A DNA stretch of 64,000 nucleotides from Candidatus Acidiferrales bacterium. GTDB lineage: Bacteria > Acidobacteriota > Terriglobia > Acidiferrales > UBA7541. Each line of letters opens with the position of its first letter. The stretch's first letter is position 1. A program made the position numbers and the translations under genes. The notes below the pieces were generated by a model that was not told the DNA's origin, made no database searches, and saw only the letters and a program-made list of their open reading frames with translations. This document shows, one piece after another, positions 60,295-64,000 of this stretch. The stretch is from contig JBOGMZ010000007.1 in assembly GCA_050746945.1 (NCBI GenBank), positions 118,130 to 182,129 on the forward strand, written 5' to 3'.

Positions 60295-60834
60295 TTACTT
60301 TTCTTCCTTCGGCGCTGGCGGCCCCACCAGATAGCCACACGGTCCTTGCAAGCCGCCCGCCTCTGATACGGCCGGCATTTTCTCTGCTTCCGTGGCCTCC
60401 GCCTCTCCCGATGGTGCGCCGTTCACAGACCTGGCAGGCAAGCCGCGTTGGATGATCAAATCCATCGCCCGATCCACGGGGATTCGCACCACATCATTTT
60501 GGGGATCCACCCACCCGTAAGTGTTCAGCAGCTGAAGCTGACCTTCGCAGTACATCCTCAGGTCCAGTTGAGGTTGCACCTGCAGCCTTGGCTGCGGCGG
60601 CAACACGCGTGCGTTCTCAAACGGCGACGCGGGTGGCCCAAGCTGCTGAGATTTCGCGAAGTAGAGAAACATGCGCCACATCGAGAGCGACACCACGACG
60701 AGGATCACGAGCAGAGTGAGCCCAAACTTCACGAGGCTGGGCACATCCGCATCGCTGTGCTCGTAGCCTGCGCTCTCGACCGGTTGAGGAGCGCGAAGTT
60801 TAGTCTCCATGCTCATGCTGGAGCTCTCCTTCAA
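60295..60834 (-). CDS. Hypothetical single-pass membrane protein between actF and SCO
   Basis: 179 aa with one TM helix (VKFGLTLLVILVVVSLSMW) and a soluble domain with two Cys. No family recognised. Its start overlaps the actF end; alternative starts lie at 60816 and 60810. Confidence 0.6.
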   Translation of the reverse strand: MKESSSMSMETKLRAPQPVESAGYEHSDADVPSLVKFGLTLLVILVVVSLSMWRMFLYFAKSQQLGPPASPFENARVLPPQPRLQVQPQLDLRMYCEGQLQLLNTYGWVDPQNDVVRIPVDRAMDLIIQRGLPARSVNGAPSGEAEATEAEKMPAVSEAGGLQGPCGYLVGPPAPKEEK

Positions 60835-61981
60835 ACCGCGGGTCGTGCACCGGAAGCAACGGCCACTTCTTCAGTTGCGAGAAAAATGCGGCGATCCAAA
60901 CGCCGCCAATTCCTATCACAGCAAAAATATCGAGCAGATGCACCCGCGGCCCGGTTGTTTCGTATGCTGGAGCCACTAGCCAAAACACATCCACGATACT
61001 CAGGACGATCAGCATCCCAGCGACAAGAGAAAGCGTGTGCAGACGTCGCTTCACGTTTCGTTGCAGGAGAAGCAGGAACGGCAACGCAAAATGAAGCACG
61101 ATGAGTATTACGGCGATGGCCCCCCAGCCGCCAAATGCACGCGCGATGTACCAGGGGATTTCGTCCTTGATGTTTCCCGCCCAGATAATCAGAAACTGCG
61201 AGAACGAGAGATATGCCCAAAGCATCACGAACGCGAGCATCAGATTGCCCAGATCGTTGAATTGTGCCGGAGTGACGGCGCTTGCGATCGGCTCATACAC
61301 CGAAAGCTTTCGCAGCACGAAGACGACGAACGACATGGCCGTGAGCGCGGCCACCACCATCACGATCATTCCATACATGGTGGAAAACCAGCGTGCCTCG
61401 AGCGACATCACCCAGTCGATTGAGGAATAGGTCGTCGCGATCCCCCAGAGAATTAAACCGGGACCGCTCATGCCTTCCAGGCGCGTGGCCAGACGCGGGT
61501 CGGCGGTGCGGTCCTGCTCGCTCGACCATTTATTCAGCAGCCATGCGAGGCCAATCCAGATGGCAAAGTAAATCACGACGCGCACAGTGAAAAATGCCGG
61601 ATTCAGGTACGGCCGCTTGTACTGCAGCAGCGGGTCCAGCGCCACGTCTGCCGGGCGCGCCCAGGCGTAAAGACGAGACATGCCAAGCAGCACCGGCACA
61701 AAAAGAGCTGCCATCCAGACAAACGTGCGCGTGCCGGCTTCGAGCAGCCGCCGGATCGGGTAGCCCCACCAGCCGCCGGTAAGATGGTGCAACATCAGTA
61801 TGGCCATGCAGCCCACCGGGATCGCAAGCCAGAAATCATAGGCGAACAAATACGAACGGAAAAGCTGAGTGCTGTCCCGCAGCCCGAGCAGGGCGCATAG
61901 AACGAGGCCGACAGCGCCCGAACTGAGCGCGAGGCGCTGCACGCGGTCGAGTTGCGCGCGGACTGCGTCAGTTCCGTTCAT
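60800..61981 (-). CDS. actF: Alternative complex III membrane subunit ActF-like
   Basis: 393-aa polytopic protein (HHLTGGWWGYPIRR, SQFLIIWAGNI) of the quinol:cytochrome c oxidoreductase membrane-subunit type. ATGA overlap with the actE stop. Confidence 0.82.
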   Translation of the reverse strand: MNGTDAVRAQLDRVQRLALSSGAVGLVLCALLGLRDSTQLFRSYLFAYDFWLAIPVGCMAILMLHHLTGGWWGYPIRRLLEAGTRTFVWMAALFVPVLLGMSRLYAWARPADVALDPLLQYKRPYLNPAFFTVRVVIYFAIWIGLAWLLNKWSSEQDRTADPRLATRLEGMSGPGLILWGIATTYSSIDWVMSLEARWFSTMYGMIVMVVAALTAMSFVVFVLRKLSVYEPIASAVTPAQFNDLGNLMLAFVMLWAYLSFSQFLIIWAGNIKDEIPWYIARAFGGWGAIAVILIVLHFALPFLLLLQRNVKRRLHTLSLVAGMLIVLSIVDVFWLVAPAYETTGPRVHLLDIFAVIGIGGVWIAAFFSQLKKWPLLPVHDPRFEGELQHEHGD

Positions 61982-62601
61982 CGCGCATCCGCCATTGGAT
62001 TTTCTTCGGTCAATTTCTTTCGCTCTTCTCTGGGAGCATCCTGGACTGTTGCGTGTTGGCTCAACTGGAGCGCACGGATATACGCCGCGATCCGCCAGCG
62101 GTCTTCCGGCTCAACCCGCGACGCGTAGCTGTACATGGAGCCGAGACCGTTCGTCATCACGTCGAAGAAATGCCCGGCGGGCGCGCCGCGCAGGCGGTCG
62201 ATATGGAAAGAGGGCGGCGGCGGAAAGCCGCGCTCCACGATCATGCCGTGGCCGCTTCCGGTGTAATCGTGGCATGGCGTGCAATAAATGTTGAAGCGCT
62301 CGCGTCCTCGCTCAAGATCGGCGCGCGTGATTGGGAAAGGATACTTGTCTGCAATCGCGCCATTTTCTTTTCCTGTGTAGAGCAGTTCATCCAGCCGCAG
62401 ATGGCCGCGTGCAACTGTTCCGGGGACAGGCTGGCGCTCCGAGCGTCCATCGCCGAAGAAGGTGGTCGGCTCGTAAGGCAGATATTTCGGCTGAACGTGC
62501 ATGTCCAGCCGGCAACCGGCGACCAGCATCACCACGGCGGTCAGACCGGCGAAGGTGCGTGCGACTTTCTTTGCGCCGCCGAATTTGGCGTCAGGCTTCA
62601 A
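61978..62601 (-). CDS. actE: Alternative complex III monohaem cytochrome c subunit ActE-like (lipoprotein)
   Basis: Lipobox-like LVAGC after the signal peptide, and a single CTPCH haem motif. Its position after actD fits ActE. TTG start per track. Confidence 0.8.
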   Translation of the reverse strand: MKPDAKFGGAKKVARTFAGLTAVVMLVAGCRLDMHVQPKYLPYEPTTFFGDGRSERQPVPGTVARGHLRLDELLYTGKENGAIADKYPFPITRADLERGRERFNIYCTPCHDYTGSGHGMIVERGFPPPPSFHIDRLRGAPAGHFFDVMTNGLGSMYSYASRVEPEDRWRIAAYIRALQLSQHATVQDAPREERKKLTEENPMADAR

Positions 62602-63127
62602 TCTCGAACACTCCGTGCGAATTCAAGCTCTCAAGAAACGCTTTGGTTTGCGCCAGATCGAATTTCTTGTCTCGCGACTTCACGCACAAGAAGAATCGAT
62701 CCTTCGATGCAAGAGCGAACCGCGCCACGTTGAACACCGGGTGATACGGCGTGGGCAATCCATTCATTGCCAGCATGCCGAAAACAGCCGAGAGTGCCGC
62801 GCCCAGCACCGTCAACTCGAATGTGATCGGGATGAATGCCGGCCAGCTGTTGTAAGGCTTTCCGCCGATATTCAGCGGGTAGCTGATTACGTTGGCGTAA
62901 TACTGCATGAAAAATCCGGTCAGGCAGCCGAGCAGCCCGCCCACAAAAACCACCGCCGGAAGAATCGTATGCTCGTAACCCACGGCCTCGGAGAGGCCGT
63001 CGATCGGGAGTGGCGTGAAAGCGTCGATGCTCTTGTAACCGGCGGCGTGCGTTCGGCGCGCCGCCTCTAGCAATTGCTCGGGCGTTTCGAACTCTGCCAG
63101 CAATCCGTAGATGGGTTTGCGCTTCAT
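62591..63127 (-). CDS. actD: Alternative complex III subunit ActD (DUF3341 family)
   Basis: 178 aa with the typical N-terminus [34 protein letters not shown], followed by two TM helices. Confidence 0.88.
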   Translation of the reverse strand: MKRKPIYGLLAEFETPEQLLEAARRTHAAGYKSIDAFTPLPIDGLSEAVGYEHTILPAVVFVGGLLGCLTGFFMQYYANVISYPLNIGGKPYNSWPAFIPITFELTVLGAALSAVFGMLAMNGLPTPYHPVFNVARFALASKDRFFLCVKSRDKKFDLAQTKAFLESLNSHGVFEIEA

Positions 63128-63131
63128 GATT

Positions 63132-64000
63132 TTACTCGTGAATCTCCGGGTTCGGATTCCGCACGCGCGCGAGATAGGTGGTGCGAGGGCGCGTGTTCAA
63201 ATCGTCGAGCAGACTGTAGTCGCGAGATTGCGCTTTCAGCTTGGCCACTCGGCTATTCGGGTCGTTGAGGTTGCCGAAGATGATCGCTTCCGCCGGGCAG
63301 GCGCTCTGGCACGCGGTGACGATTTCCCCGTCGCGCACGATGCGGTTTTCTTCCTCCGACCGGATTTTCGCCGCATTGATGCGCTGTACACAGTAGGTGC
63401 ATTTTTCCATCACGCCGCGGCTCCGCACCGACACGTTCGGATTCCGCAAGCCGTAAAGACTGGGTGTCTTCCAATCCGAGAAAAGCAGGAAATTAAATCG
63501 CCGGACTTTGTAGGGGCAATTGTTTGAGCAATACCGTGTGCCGACGCAGCGGTTGTAAGTCATTTCATTCAGACCCTCGGGGCTGTGCGTCGTCGCGCCC
63601 ACGGGACAGACCACTTCGCATGGGGCGTTTTCACACTGCATGCAAAGAAGCGGCTCGTAATACGTCTCCGGATTTTCCACCGGGCCGCGGAAGTACGTGT
63701 CCACGCGAATCCAGTGCATCGCGCGTCCACGCATCACCTCATCTTTTCCCACCACCGCGATGTTGTTTTCCGACTGGCAGGCAACCACGCACGCGTTGCA
63801 GCCGACGCAGCGGTTCAAATCGATGGACATGCCCCATGCATATCCTTCGTATTTGAAGCCGGGATAGAGCGACAGCCCCTTGGTTGCTTCCTCCTCGGGG
63901 ATCTTCGCGAAATTGGGATCTTTGCGGAATTCTTCGAGCGTGGCCACGCGCACCAAATCGCGGCGGAATGCCTCGACACTTTCCTTCTCCGCGGGATGCC
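63132..64000 (-). CDS. actB: Alternative complex III ActB, C-terminal Fe-S (PsrB/NrfC-like) part; 5' end outside the window
   Basis: Cys clusters [48 protein letters not shown] and CQSACP. The frame stays open upstream of the track start (..[24 protein letters not shown]) to the window edge, consistent with a much larger ActB. Confidence 0.85.
   Translation of the reverse strand, partial: HPAEKESVEAFRRDLVRVATLEEFRKDPNFAKIPEEEATKGLSLYPGFKYEGYAWGMSIDLNRCVGCNACVVACQSENNIAVVGKDEVMRGRAMHWIRVDTYFRGPVENPETYYEPLLCMQCENAPCEVVCPVGATTHSPEGLNEMTYNRCVGTRYCSNNCPYKVRRFNFLLFSDWKTPSLYGLRNPNVSVRSRGVMEKCTYCVQRINAAKIRSEEENRIVRDGEIVTACQSACPAEAIIFGNLNDPNSRVAKLKAQSRDYSLLDDLNTRPRTTYLARVRNPNPEIHE

Overview
GC-rich, densely coding bacterial chromosomal segment with about 58 protein-coding genes, many joined by ATGA/GTGA start-stop overlaps. 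The gene content (PadR plus an ADOP-type duplicated permease, a roughly 1060-aa BNR/sortilin-type exported protein, alternative complex III linked to a caa3 oxidase) suggests Acidobacteriota. That assignment is inference only.

Gene blocks, left to right:
- kdpFABC K+ pump with a co-oriented porin upstream (1-6.3 kb).
- psuK/psuG pseudouridine catabolism, a 2OG-Fe(II) oxygenase, NDH-2 and an MscS-like channel (6.9-13.7 kb).
- A divergent PHP-phosphoesterase/PAP2 operon and an MGDG-synthase-like glycosyltransferase (13.7-16.4 kb).
- BNR/sortilin protein, msrA, class IV aminotransferase and pterin dehydratase (16.4-21.9 kb).
- PadR-ADOP, a Tat-signal DJ-1/PfpI protein and a MATE pump (22-27.5 kb).
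- An eight-gene, translationally coupled purine-degradation operon (27.7-35.9 kb): guanine deaminase, three XDH subunits, allantoinase, an allantoicase-OHCU decarboxylase fusion, HIU hydrolase and uricase. A malate-synthase/CitE-like orphan abuts it stop-to-stop.
- HD-GYP response regulator and FdhD.
- A secreted AcpA-type phosphoesterase and a DUF1111 dihaem protein.
- A polyphosphate island (42.9-48.5 kb): CHAD, SixA, Ppx/GppA, two tandem thymidylate-kinase-like paralogues and PPK2.
- An omega-transaminase + PSMA-like M28 + DmpA/BapA-like peptidase operon.
- A cytochrome c and an ACP-KAS pair.
- A caa3 oxidase-SCO-ACIII (actB, D, E, F) respiratory supercluster running off the right edge.

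I recognised no rRNA, tRNA, CRISPR array, transposase/integrase or known defence genes, so this looks like core chromosome rather than an accessory island.

Best candidates for undescribed biology:
1. The tmk-like/tmk-like/ppx/sixA operon embedded in polyphosphate genes, where one paralogue has a degenerate Walker A.
2. The malate-synthase/CitE-like protein abutting the purine operon.
3. The transaminase plus two exported unusual-peptide peptidases.
4. The PHP/PAP2/GT28 lipid module.
5. An ACIII cluster with no actC at the canonical position.

All functional calls come from motif recognition in the supplied translations and from synteny; no database search was possible. Hand-derived coordinates (kdpC, kdpF, the micro-ORF, hairpins, revised starts) may be off by a few nt.
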